Source: Anthoceros angustus (lineage: Eukaryota; Plantae; Anthocerotophyta). From it: a stretch of 64,000 bases of DNA. The stretch is from contig MU008165.1 of assembly GCA_010909165.1 (NCBI GenBank), positions 1,922,001 to 1,986,000 on the forward strand. Reading direction: 5' to 3'. The translations under genes and the position numbers were made by a program. Positions 23,076 to 35,875 of this stretch are shown here, piece by piece; within the stretch, counting starts at the first letter, position 1, and each line of letters begins with the position of its first letter. The notes beneath the pieces are model-generated. The model did no database searches and was not told where the DNA came from. It saw only the letters and a program-made list of their open reading frames with translations.

Positions 23076-25458
23076 TACGCTCAAACTGAGACTTTGGAGC
23101 TTTCGTTTTTGATTCCTTGTAAAATTATAAGGCCAAAAATTGTGAAAGCATTATTGAAAGTTGCACAAGGCCATTGCGGTCAAATTCATGTGCCTCGTTA
23201 TGAACATTGTTCAGGGTTTGTTGCCTTAATGATGCCGAAATTTGAAGTTGCCTCCCGAACTCGTAACTCGACACACTCACTATGGGTTGTCGGATTTGTC
23301 TAATTCGTTGCGGTAATTGCAAGCCCAGGATCGCAGTTACCGCGACGATGACTGCTTACTCTTTGCAGTGACCCATCGGTGCCTTCAGGTCTACTTCCTA
23401 CCACTACGAAGTTGTTCTTCGTTCCATCACTTTTTAGTGAATGTTTGGCAAAATTTCTGACTCCATTAATTCTATCCTTCCATCTTCTGTGTTTCCATTG
23501 CTCCCTCAAATGCATGTAAGATGATTTGCAAACCCGGTTACGTCTTCTCATGACGACTTGGCCAGACGATGATTCTATTCCAATGCAAATTTCAGCACTT
23601 CGAGAAGCGATCCCATGCCTCAAGCCTTTATAGCCCTCCAACTTACTCGTACCGAGACCCCTCCGTTTCGTTCGTATCGAGACAGGTCAACCGAGAAATG
23701 TCAATAGATAATTTGGCAAGGCTACGCATATTGTGGCCCCTATGGGCTGATGACTAGTTGGCTGTGTGTGATACGACACGAAATGAGGCGTCATACGCGT
23801 GGGCAAAATGAATGTCTAGTTTTGGAATTGCTGGCCTCATATTTTGCTTGCTATCTGCGAGCACGGCTAGGAAGCCGATTTTGCTTTGAAATTCAATTGT
23901 TATCTCATTTGTTTGTAGTTACCTGTATACAATTTTTGTATGGATGGTAGAGCACTGCAAGCACTTTCAAATGACGGGTCAGGGCTCTAATTTAGAGCCT
24001 TGTTGTGTGATAACTGCAGTCAATTGTGATTGCGTAAAACAATTGCGGCATTGCTTTTAGAGGCTCTAGTGGAGGTGTCGGTGGTCGGTGCTGGAAGATG
24101 AATTGCTCATTGTGTGGCCTCAAGCAGGTGCTCATACGTTGAAAATTTCAGGATTTGTCATGAAAGATCCAGAACAAAATAATTATTCTTGCATAATTAT
24201 TGGTTCACTAAATTTCCACCGACTCGTGGATGCTTTGGGGTTGAGTAAAGTCTTATTTGGTGTGTGCTATTTCTTGCGGACTTGGATTGTTGCAGGAGTG
24301 AGCACATCCGCTTGGTGGCATGGAGGAGTGCTGTGAAGGCAGCGGGAAGCGGGGTGTCATGTGTGAGTGTGTGATTGTAGATTGTCTACTTAGTGTGCGA
24401 TCTCCCATAGTAGTAACACGACAACAAGAATAATGTAACTCTCGTCACATGAGTTTGTTTAGAGAGAACAGAAAGCATGGATGCAGTTAGCAGAAATTAT
24501 GTGATCATAGCATAAAGTATTCCACAAAGAGAGCGGAGATGTGATCATAGCATACTTTGGGCCATTTTACGTTGTGTTTTTTTTCATTTGGTGACAAAGC
24601 AAAAATCTGCTTTCAATTTGGCAAGCCAAACCACGAGGTGAGCTGTGTGCGCGGGTGCGAACAGAACACATTGCTTTCAAGGGTGGCATCTCGGGCAGAC
24701 ACAACAAACCACGAACCGGAAGGGCCTGCCCTAAAAGCTTTCAAGAAGAAAGCCGGCCCTAAATTTTGAAGAAACCCATCCAAGTGCGTATCCACACCAT
24801 CACGATAGCGATGGGGGCACATGGGCATGAGGTGACACGTAGACGCAGGGCATGAATGCATGAATCGCGTCGGAGATTGGAGGTCTAAATTCAGGAGACC
24901 GTACGGACGGAGTGATGACGCCACGGACAAGTGGGTCCTCTGTGTCGTACGGGGTTCGTTCGCCTTTTAACCCCGGAGTCGGCCAGGCGTGTGGTCCTGA
25001 TTCAACCATTCTGGACAGTTTTAGGTCCTCTGCGTCGGCAACCGCAGACAACGCCAAGCCGCCAGGAGAAAGCAGGGTTTGTGTTTGTCTGTTGCTAGTA
25101 AATGGCCCAACTAAAGCTTGGGGACAGAATCTCTGAATTGCTTGAATCCGGGTGAATCTGGATCTGAATCTCGTGGTTTGTGCGGCAATCGATACAGCAT
25201 CTGGGAGCGAAGTTTCGCTGCAAACAAGTGGCTAAACTGTCACAAAGGTGGAGACACTTCACGCCTGGACTACGTAAATATCACACTGCTGTGCCTCGAA
25301 TGACGAGGCTAACAACGACAGAGGCTTCACGCCAGGGGCATGCCAGGTTGGAAAGAGAGACGCCGAGGGTGTCACTGCCCATAGCCAAATCACGCCCCGT
25401 TCCGTTCCAGAATGCATTAAAATATCTAATGGTACACATAAGATAAACAGCACGCTCT

Positions 25459-28400
25459 TCACATACGCAGGCGTTTCCTGTCGGGAACCTCTTCATCATG
25501 GTCTGCAGCATCGGCGTAGTCACCGCTGCCTGACTTGTCCTTCTTCTTTCTGTCCAGAATCTGGTTGATCTTGTGAAGTTCGTTCGTCAGCTTCTGGTCC
25601 TTGTTCTGCTTCCGAGTCTTCCTTCCGTCCATCATCTTCACTCCGAACTGAAAGGCAGCCTTTGGCATGGCTTCCTTCTGCTCATTGTAGCTTGCCCACT
25701 CCTCCTCCGTTTCGAAGTCCCATCTGTGCATCCGTCCCTTTGCCTGTGCAGGACGTAAGACAGAAATCAGTACACGCTTTCTCTGGTCAATGGGGGAGGC
25801 AGTTCTCACATGCTTTTCAAGGCGAACAGGAAGACCACTCACCCTTCCTCCCATATCCATTTTAGTCAGATCTTCCTCCTCGTCACTGTCCACCACCTCA
25901 CGATTGTACTCCTGGTAGCCAGGATAGCACTCAGAATAGCTTTCGGATATGAAGTTGGGGTCCTTCTCCCTCGCATCCCGCTCCCTACACTGTTGGAGGC
26001 GTTGGTCATCACGCTTGAAGACGGAGCCAAGCCCTCGGTCCTTTTCATCCTGTGTCATAATACGTGCATCTCTGACCGGCAGAGATGCTTGTGCACCACC
26101 TTCACCAGCCTGATACTGGTCACCAAATCCATACTGATCTTGGGGCCAAGGGCCAGGAAATTCAGGCTGCACCGAAGGAAACTCACTGCTCCAGTCCCTC
26201 TGGTAACCGGGATATGAAGCTCCTTGCGCAGAATCATAGCCCTGCAAAAATGGCATAGCTCAAAGCACTTCAAAATGAGACAACCATGGCCCCTGGCAAG
26301 ACAAAAAGGGGCCGAACATACCGGCTGCTGCCATTCCTGGCCTGCAGGTTGTGGCTGAAGTGAAGCCCCAAAAGTAGAAGTACTAAAGTATGACTGTTTT
26401 TCGTTGTCTCGAGGTGACTCTTCCATGTCCTCTGACAAAGGACTGCCTCCCCTACCATTAACAATCAGATGATGCACACCAGCCCCTTGAAAAATGTCGT
26501 CTTCCTCATTCCTTTGCACAGTTGCATCTGCTGTAGCTGGCTGCTGCTCCACTTTACCTCCAGCTGGTACTTGCTTGCTAGTGCGGCCAACATCTCCTTG
26601 CTGGAGTGGCAGTGGTGGTGGTGGCATCGCTTCCTGGTCTTGCAGCTTCCCTGAAACACCATGGATCACCTGCGATAACTTTTTCTGATCGTCCACGAGA
26701 CCACCACCTAAAAGGCAATAGCAGCCAAATCAAGAGCTCTTGAGATTGACATGGCCAATGGACAAACAATGAGGACGCCACACGGAATGCAATAACCAGC
26801 AACGAAGAAAGGAAACACACAAACCTTTACCCTCTTTCTTCTTCTTCTTTAAGACCTAAATCACAATCCACGGCACAAGCCTTTAAAGTCATTCCAAAGA
26901 CTCATGACCACACTTGCAGAGGCAATATTACTCGTTCAATAACGATAGTCTGCACCTTTCCAGATGATCCTAACCGAAGGTAAGCCATAATTTTTGCAAT
27001 ACGTTCAAGTACAGTACCATCAACACCAACAGTGACCGTTTCCTGCAAGCAACCAACACCAGTTAAAACCATGTTCCATTGCAGCAATGGTAATCATTTC
27101 ATCGCTGGACTTGACATCTACCTGTGCTCCAGGGCAATCAGCCTTGCTCCGATACACTGTCGTAGGTAAGTCATGGGAGATGTCTTCATCCTGCAAAGTC
27201 CAATCCAAGTTCTATCTCTGACCAATCCAGAATCAAAATCTGTGCACATGTGCTCTGAAGCCTGACAAGTTCAATGGATATCTTACCATGCTGAAGACAA
27301 AAGCCATCCGTCCAGGGAGGAACATTTCATTTGCCTTGGCCCCTGTTTGAGGTTTCACTATCCATTGGTACACCGTCTGTCAAAGGATATGTCAATTTAC
27401 TGCTAAACTGCATACGCAATCAAGTGAGGTCGATCTAGTAGTGGGCAGCACCTTGGCTATGGACATGCGGAACGTCACCGCTTGATCCTCTTTGAAATGT
27501 CCTCCTCTGAAGTTCAGAGAACAGGTGCCACACTGTAAGAAGAGAAAAAATGACTGAAAGCACCAGAACACTCCACAAAACAGAAAGCTGAAAGATCCAA
27601 ATCCTTCCTACCTCCGTTTCTCCTCTTCCTCTTCATCTGGTTTGTGGTCAATTTCACTGCGGACTTTATGAAGCAATGCGTAATCAAGTCCTTTCACCAG
27701 ATGTGTGTGCTCAACATCACCTGTTCCAATCCAGTGCCAGGCTTGGCGTTAGAGTCTAATCCCTCCAAGCAGCACACGTCACCAACTCTTTCTCAGCCAG
27801 CACAAAGTTAACCTCCGAGAAATTTGCTCTTCTCTATTGAGATCCTGTGAGCATCAGTGGTCCTGCCAGAAGAGGATAAAAAATGACAACCATGTCAGAG
27901 AAAGTGGTCTGTAGCCGAGATCAATCAAAATTGGCCAGATTCAACACCATAGCCTAGAAGCAGCAGAAAAACTGATCCTGAATTTGCTCCCGGTCTGAAA
28001 GCTGCCTTCAGCAGAAGAAACATTTCACTACACGCACCGCAAATTCACACTGCCAGGTGGAGCAACTGCATTGAGAGAGCCGAGCTCAGCTGCAGTGTGG
28101 CTGTAATCTGGATTCTGATCTTCCCTGCGCTCCTTAGCTCGATCTCGATATCTATGCAGGTCCGAATCATCGTTCTTTTCCTCCCTACATCACACAGAAT
28201 GGGTGAGCATACAAAGACAAGACTCCTGGCGTGCAGAAACAAAACCAAACAGACTCACTCACTCTTTCAGCTTATTCCAGTGTCTTTTCTGCTTCTTCTT
28301 CTCTCCATCTCCTTCATCATCATCATTTCGCTTCACCCGGCTGCAAAATCCGTGAATCACCAGTCACGACTCTGTGTGGCAAGGCTCCATCTCGACATAC

Positions 28401-28628
28401 GCCAACTGCACCGTACCTGCGAGGCCGATCTTTCCCGGACTTCTCATCCCCACGGCGAGGGGTCTCCATAACCATGCGTTTGAAGTCGGCATTGGAGAGA
28501 TTCTCCTGCCGCATACCTGCAGCATCCCTAAAGTCCACATCCTCGCTCGTGTCCCTCCTCCCCGGCCGTGGCGGCGGCGGCAACGGATTGCTGGTGGCCG
28601 CCTCCTTGTTCTCCAACGCAATCCCCAT
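25459..28628 (-). CDS. SMU2: RED-family splicing factor (SMU2 / IK homologue), multi-exon
   Basis: LSNADFKRMVMETPRR, SPLSEDMEESPRD, EREKDPNFISESYSECYPGYQEY, and GRMHRWDFETEEEWASYNEQKEAMPKAAFQFGVKMMDGRKTRKQNKDQKL. The start may be 28628 or 28700. Confidence 0.92.
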
Positions 28629-29632
28629 CCTTGCAACTCCCAGCTCCGCTCCCTGCCGCTTCTCTTCCTCCGCTAATCGGCCCCGTAACAATGACCTCAA
28701 CGGCCCGTAACAAATTACGGAACAGCGTCCCCGAAATAACGGAACGGAAGCCTTATCTCGGCGTTAACTACGCACTCCAAGCACCTCGAAAGGACCCGGC
28801 ATGGTTCAAACGTGGCTGGGACAATGGTACTGCGTTCCAATACGTGGCGCGCCAGAATTCGCCTTCTCCCAACCGCCGCCACTCAACGCCGGCGATGAAC
28901 ATGCAAGATCGAGCTCGCGAGTATCGCCAGGCTTTCGCCTGATGCAACTTAAACCTGTAGAAAGCGCCACACGAACCAGTATGGTCTGTCGGCCGCTGTT
29001 CAATCTGCGGCGGTGCTCTGGTCGAGGCATCGGGACTCGCATGCTATTTGTCGCGTTTGCTCGGACATTCGGAATCGGAATGTCGCTGCTCTTGCGTCAC
29101 TGATTCCGCGCCTTTGATGTGATTCTGCAAGCCTCGGTAGCGGCTGGAGCTGCGGAGAGGCGCTGCTGGTTTTGTGGAATCCGCAGGCCCTCCCGGTGCA
29201 AATCCCAGGCCCCCCCGCTCTAATTCCGTGTTCTCCCAGCTGCCGCGGCAGCAGATGCGCTCTCTCCCGGCCCGCGGATTTTGAATTAGGAGAATGTTTC
29301 TAAACCCGCCATGCGTTGGCCTGCACTGAGGTACGGCAGGCGGCAGGCCTAGAAAGCATTCTCTGGGTTGGAGAGGGAGCTACAGAGAAGCTTTGTGTGG
29401 ATGTCTGTCTTTGTCATTGCCAGGCGGCAGCTTTTTCCGTGCAATGTGCTGGCAGGATTTTGAGCTTTAGGACGCGGGTCGGCTTTCGAAGGAATTGGCT
29501 GGGGTGAGCGCTGTGGGGTGGAAGGAGTTGGAGGATAGGCGCGGTAATGTTTCATGGTGGAGACGTGTCGGGGCGCAGGCTCGATTGTAAGGAATTCGGA
29601 GAAAGCAGAGTCTTGCAGCAGCGGCTGGAGCA

Positions 29633-32600
29633 ATGTGGATGGCCAACAGGATGCATAAGTTGGTGCTGGAGACTGGGGCGCAGCAATTTCTGACGTCGGT
29701 TGTGAACTTCGCGTTCTTGGTGTTGTTCTTGTGTGAGGCTGTGCTTACGCAGTTGAGGTCCCGGAAGGCGCGAGTTGGGCTCGTCAGGGAGCCTGTTAGT
29801 GGGAATGGAGTCGCGAAGGTGGTGCTTCGGCGTGGAGTGTTGTTCAAGGCAGTGTTTGGGTGCTGCCTTGTGCTCGCTGTGGCGAATTTTGCAACCGTTG
29901 CAGCGATCGTGTTTGAGAGGAGTAGTTTGAGATATCCTGATGACGTTTATGGGTTTGCAGTTCAGGGATTGGCGTGGCTGGTAATGAGCATAGTCGCGGA
30001 GAGGACAGCAAGGGCTGGGAAAGGATACTATCCTAGACTGTTACGGGCGTGGTGGATTGTCTCGTGCTCGTTTGCTCTGTTAACTCTCGGGTTTGGCATC
30101 TATGCCCTTGTTGAAAGTCCTGCCAGTTTTGGGATCCGAGATTGTTTGGTCGCGTTGTCAGCTCCTGTGAGTCTTTTCCTTTTCGTGGTCGCTGTTTATG
30201 GCAAGACGGGTGTAGACGTTGTTGAGGATGACTTGCACGAGCCTCTGCTTTCGTCTCCGCGGGACAATGACGTCGAGGATGATAAGGTTACTCCTTACAG
30301 TAGAGCTGGAATTTGGAGTCTGGCTACCATTTCCTGGCTCAATCCTGTTCTTGCAGTGGGGGCTCGTAAACCTCTGGAAGCAGGGGACCTGCCCTTACTG
30401 GCATGTGAGCATCGGGCAAAGACAAATTATCGTCTGCTTCAGGGTGCTTGGAATGAGTTGAAGCTGGAAGCACCTGAATCACGTCCTTCTCTTGTGAAGG
30501 GCATCGTCAGAACCTACTGGAGAAATGCAGCTTGGAATGCTTTGTTCGCGGGAACAAATGCATGTGCAGCCTTTGTTGGTCCCTATCTTATCAGTGACTT
30601 TGTGGAGTTCTTGGGCGGGCAGCAGCGTTTTGCTCACGAAGGCTATGTGCTGGCAGTTGCCTTCTTCGGTGCCAAGTTGGTGGAGTCGTTGACGCAGAGG
30701 CAGTGGTACCTGGGAACAGAGTTTCTGGGACTGCGGGTTCGTTCGGCTGTGACTGGATTTGTCTACTGGAAGGGGTTGCGCTTGTCGAGTGAGTCCAGGC
30801 GAAATTACACAGCTGGCGAGATCATCAACTATATGGCTGTCGACGTCCCTCGAATTGGAGATTTCGCCTGGTATATGCATGACATTTGGATTCTGCCTCT
30901 GCAAATCACTCTCGCACTGGCTATTCTTTACAAAAGCGTTGGTGTAGCCACATTGGCAACATTGGCTGCAACTATCTTTGCTTTGACTGCAACCTCGCCC
31001 ATCGGGAGAATCATTGAGAGGTATCAAGGTCGCTTGATGAAAGCAAAGGATGAGAGGATGAAAGCGACAGCTGAGGCACTACGCAGCATGAGAACGCTCA
31101 AATTACATGCGTGGGAGAATAGATATCTTCAGAAAATAGAGCGGTTAAGGAAAGATGAAGGTGTTTGGCTTGCCAAGAGCTTGTACACCATGTGCTTCAA
31201 CACTTTCATATTCTGGGCTGCTCCCACTTTCGTTTCTGTCTTCACATTTGCTACTTGCATGATCCTTGGTATACCTTTAACTGCAGGCAGAGTCTTGTCA
31301 GCTCTAGCCACCTTCAGGGTTCTGCAGGAACCCTTGAGAAACTTTCCTGATCTTGTGTCAACAATTGCACAGACCAAAGTTTCGTTGAGCCGTATTTGGC
31401 ATTTTCTTCAGGAGCCTGAGATTCGGTCTGATGCCGTCACCAAGCTTTCCACGGACTCTGGAATTGGAGAAAGCCTGGGCCCTAGTATGGCAATTGAAGT
31501 CGACGGAGGAATATTCAGCTGGGACACGTCTCTGGATATGCCTACCCTTCGCCAGGTGGATTTGCAGATTAAGACAGGAGAACGGGTAGCTGTATGTGGA
31601 ATTGTTGGCTCGGGAAAGTCGAGTTTGTTATCATGCTTTCTTGGTGAGATTCCAAAGATATCTGGCACTGTAAGATCACTATTCCTTTTCCACTTCTTCC
31701 ACGTTCGTGTGACAGGTAACTGGCGGTAGGAGTGCCTGCATTCTGTAAAGTGCTGTTCAAAATTACTTTTACCATTTTATTGAAATTAAGTGAGTGTGTG
31801 CAGGTGCGTGTGAAAGGAAGGACAGCTTATGTTGCTCAGACGCCCTGGATACAAAGTGGATCGGTTCAGGATAACATTCTTTTTGGAAGTCTGATGGACC
31901 GTGCCAAATATGAAAGAGTTTTGGAGGTATGCCAATTGAAGAAAGACTTGGAGCTCTTCACTCATGGTGATAAAACAGAGATTGGTGAGCGTGGTATTAA
32001 TCTGAGTGGAGGGCAAAAGCAACGTATTCAACTTGCACGTGCAGTGTATCAAGACGCAGATATCTACATTTTGGACGATCCCTTCAGTGCTTTGGATGCT
32101 CAAACGAGTAGCCAAATTTTTCAGGTGTGCACATTTTGGAATGACCCTCTTAATGCTTCGATGCCCAATGATCTTCCTTCCTTGCTGTTAGTGAAATGGC
32201 TGACAATGCTTTCTCACTTTGGGTGCAGGAGTGCATTCTCCAAGAGCTGGGCCCGAAGACTGTCGTATTCATCACTCACCAGGTGGATTTTTTGCCCGTT
32301 GCTGACCACATCCTGGTAAGGAACCTACTTCTGGTAGGGTTGTCCTCCACTGTGGTTCATGACACTGGTTGATCTGTACTGCTGTGATGGAGAAGTCCTA
32401 GTTCCTTTCGGCATGATGTGCATTTCGACATCGTTTGCAAGTGGTTTCAGAGAATGTGGTACTGGTGAACTCTGTCTGAATGCTTGTAGTAGCTTTGTAT
32501 CAACAGGTGCTACGTGATGGAGAAATAGTTGAGCGTGGGAAGTATGATGAGCTCTTGCAAGCAGGAACGGACTTCACCAGCTTGGTGAGTGCGCATACGG

Positions 32601-35384
32601 AGGCTGTTGATGCCATGGAATCTCAGGCTAAGGAGGATGAAGATGAGGAAGAGGAAGAGGAAGAGGAAGAGGAGCTGCTTGTAGAAGATTGCATCACTAC
32701 AATCACAGAGAACGGTCATGAAATCGAAAACTCTCCATGTATCTCTGATGATGTTCATAAGGAGAAGCCTGCAGCCGAGACTATTGATGAGAAGAAAAAG
32801 AGGAAAAAGCTAAAGAAGAAAGGGAAGGGCAAGAAGCAGCTTGTGCAAGAAGAGGAAAGAGCTCGGGGCAATGTCAGCAGGCATGTCTATACATCCTACC
32901 TGACAGCCGTTTACGGTGGAGCACTTGTTCCGTTGGTCTTATTGGCTATGATCATGTTCCAGGTGCTGCAAATAGCTGGTAACTGGTGGATGGCATGGGC
33001 GACGCCCACTACAGTAGACGAGAAAGCCAAGATCAGTAATGGTACCCTTATAGGCATCTATACAGCACTGGCATTTGGAAGTGCATTTTTTGTTTTCGTA
33101 AGGGCCGCACTGGTTGCCACAGTTGGTCTGCTCACGGCCAATAAAATGTTCTATACTATGATCGGATCCATCTTTCGAGCACCCATGTCCTTCTTTGATT
33201 CCACACCAACCGGCCGCATCCTCAATAGGGTACGCCCTGCACTACCGTGACTAGGATTGTCTTGGCTCCTGCGGCATGTTGTCAGGATTACTCTCCTAAA
33301 CTTCCTCGTGTCTTCTTTGCTGATGTTGTGGACTGTCTATGAAAGTGCAGGCTTCAACAGACCAAAGCGCATTGGACTTGGAAGTCCATGCTAAGTTTCG
33401 GGCATTTGGATCCATGACGGTCCAACTTTTTGCTATCATATGTGTGATGGCCCAAGTGTCATGGGTGGTTATACTTCTTTTCACACCAGTCATCGGACTA
33501 TGCATACTCATACAGGTTCTTCCCCTGTTAAGCTCCTTTCAAATTTTCGCTTAGTTCATGTGAACTAAGCGAAGCGAAAATTCCTGAAGACTTAGATGCC
33601 AAGCAGTGATGAAAGTGACTCTTGGAATCGCTGATCCACTTTAGATATTTGTTTGATGCAGCGATATTATATTTCCTCGGCCAGAGAATTAGCTCGGCTT
33701 GTCGGCATACAAAAGTCTCCAACAATTCATCACTATGGGGAATCTATTGCTGGAGCAGCAACTATACGAGGATTTTCTCAAGACCAGCGATTTATGGCAA
33801 CAAATCTCAAGCTACTCGATACTTATGCCCAGCCCTTGTTCCATAATTTTGCAGCCATAGAGTGGCTGATTTTCCGAATGGAGCTGTTGTCTGTCCTGAT
33901 TTTCGCAATTATGTTGTTGCTGGTGGTCAGCTTTCCCAACTCGGTTGATCCCAGTGAGTGTCTACATACAACGCAGAGTGGAGCTTGAGGATGGAGATGT
34001 TGGTTACAGTTGATCTACAATTGAGGTCGGTTGTCTGCAGGCATGGCTGGACTTGCAGTTACCTATGGCCTTCAACTTAATTCCAGGCTGTCCAAGTGGG
34101 TGTGGGAGCTTTGTAACTTGGAGAACAAAGTTATTGCAGTTGAGAGAATTCAACAGTACAGCAATCTCCCGAGTGAAGCCCCTGCCATCATTGAAAACAA
34201 TCGGCCTCCTAAGGATTGGCCAATTCAAGGAATAGTGGATCTTAGAAACTTGCAGGTCAAGAAGGCAGCCATCACAAAGAACAGTGAAGAAATGTCTGTT
34301 ATAGTTTCCTTTTCGTCCTTTAACTAACGTCTCACTTCGATCTTGCAGGTGCGCTACAATGCACACGCGCCTTTAGTTCTGCATGGAGTATCCTGTACGT
34401 TTCCTGCTCGGAGTAGGATCGGAATTGTTGGCCGCACTGGATGTGGCAAATCAACACTTATCCAGGCCCTCTTCCGCATGGTCGAACCAGCTGGTGGGGA
34501 GATTTTAATAGATAGCCTGAATATCTCCAGCATTGGTCTCCATGATCTGCGTTCCAGGTTGAGCATCATTCCACAGGATCCTTTGCTATTCGAAGGGACA
34601 GTACGGGGCAATTTGGATCCCCTTGAAGACTATTCTGATGCAGAAATCTGGGAGGTCAGTGTGGTCACACCTCTATAGTTGCCTTCCATCCAGTTTGGAC
34701 ATCTGGTATTATCTCATAACAAATTCTGCATCTCCTGCAGGCTCTGGATAAGTGTCAGCTAGGAGGGATCGTTCGTGCCAAAGACGAAAAGCTGGATGCT
34801 CCAGGTACACACAGTGCAGGATGCAGTGTCTGTTGTCCGAGTGTCTCGAGGATGTGCATCCACTGTGAATTCTTCTGATTTCGTTTGTCATGCCTTGCCT
34901 TGCAGTGTCTGAGAATGGTGAAAACTGGAGTGTTGGGCAGCGCCAACTTCTTTGTCTGGGCAGAACACTCTTGAAGCGCAGACGGATTTTGGTACTGGAT
35001 GAAGCTACAGCGTCAGTGGATACATCAACTGACAGTGTGATGCAGCGGACAATCCGAGAAGAGTTTGTGGACTGCACTGTGATAACTGTGGCGCATCGAA
35101 TTCCCACCGTCATCGACAGTGACTTAGTGTTGGTCCTAAGTGATGGTATTTCACTGGAGTGGATGTTAACCTGCCAGTGGCCAGGGGATTTATTACTTCA
35201 GTTTAACTCCTCCTAACTATTGTTTGTCCTTGTGCACGCAGGAAGAGTGGCTGATTTTGACACACCGGCCAAACTTCTAGAGAACAAGTCATCGATGTTG
35301 TCTTTGCTCGTTAATGAATATTGTGCAAGAGCCGCAAACTTGTGCGACCTGGCAGCCAGCGGCCGTTCTGAAAATCGACTCTAG
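29633..35384 (+). CDS. ABCC5: ABC transporter C family (MRP), closest in motif to ABCC5/MRP5
   Basis: TMD0-TMD1-NBD1-TMD2-NBD2 layout. [24 protein letters not shown], Walker A GIVGSGKS and GRTGCGKS, signatures LSGGQKQR and WSVGQRQL, linker [10 protein letters not shown]. All introns checked are GT-AG. Stop at 35382-35384. Orthology to ABCC5 is by recalled motif similarity only. Confidence 0.9.
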
Positions 35385-35875
35385 CTAAAATTGACCTGCA
35401 TAACAGCTCGAGTTGGGATTGGCTACAGTGCATAACGACCGTCTGTCGAAGGTAAGCTGGACTCCACCCCGTTCAAGCGTTCAAGCTGAGTAATTTCACG
35501 GGTGGAGATGTTATGTAACTGAAGTTGCGTCTCTTGCCAGATTACCGAGGAGACTGCACCACCTCTCTGAGACTATACGAGGGGACAGAAATGTGTAGTG
35601 CCCACTCTGGTTCTAATCCGGAGCTCCTTTTTATAGCTCTCTAGTATAGACTAGTGAGATATGGGGATACCACAGCAGATCCCCATTAGGTGACCCAAAA
35701 CGGTCATTGGCTACATTCACTGTTCCAAGTTGTGGGCATTGTACAGAATAGCTGAGGCCGCCAAGTTTGCTTCCTAGTTCTCAGCCAGGAAATAAACCAA
35801 CAGTGCTAGTCTCTCAGAGGCAGATACAGGTAATACATCTCCCCCATGCCATCAGACTAAAATTAGAAATGCACA

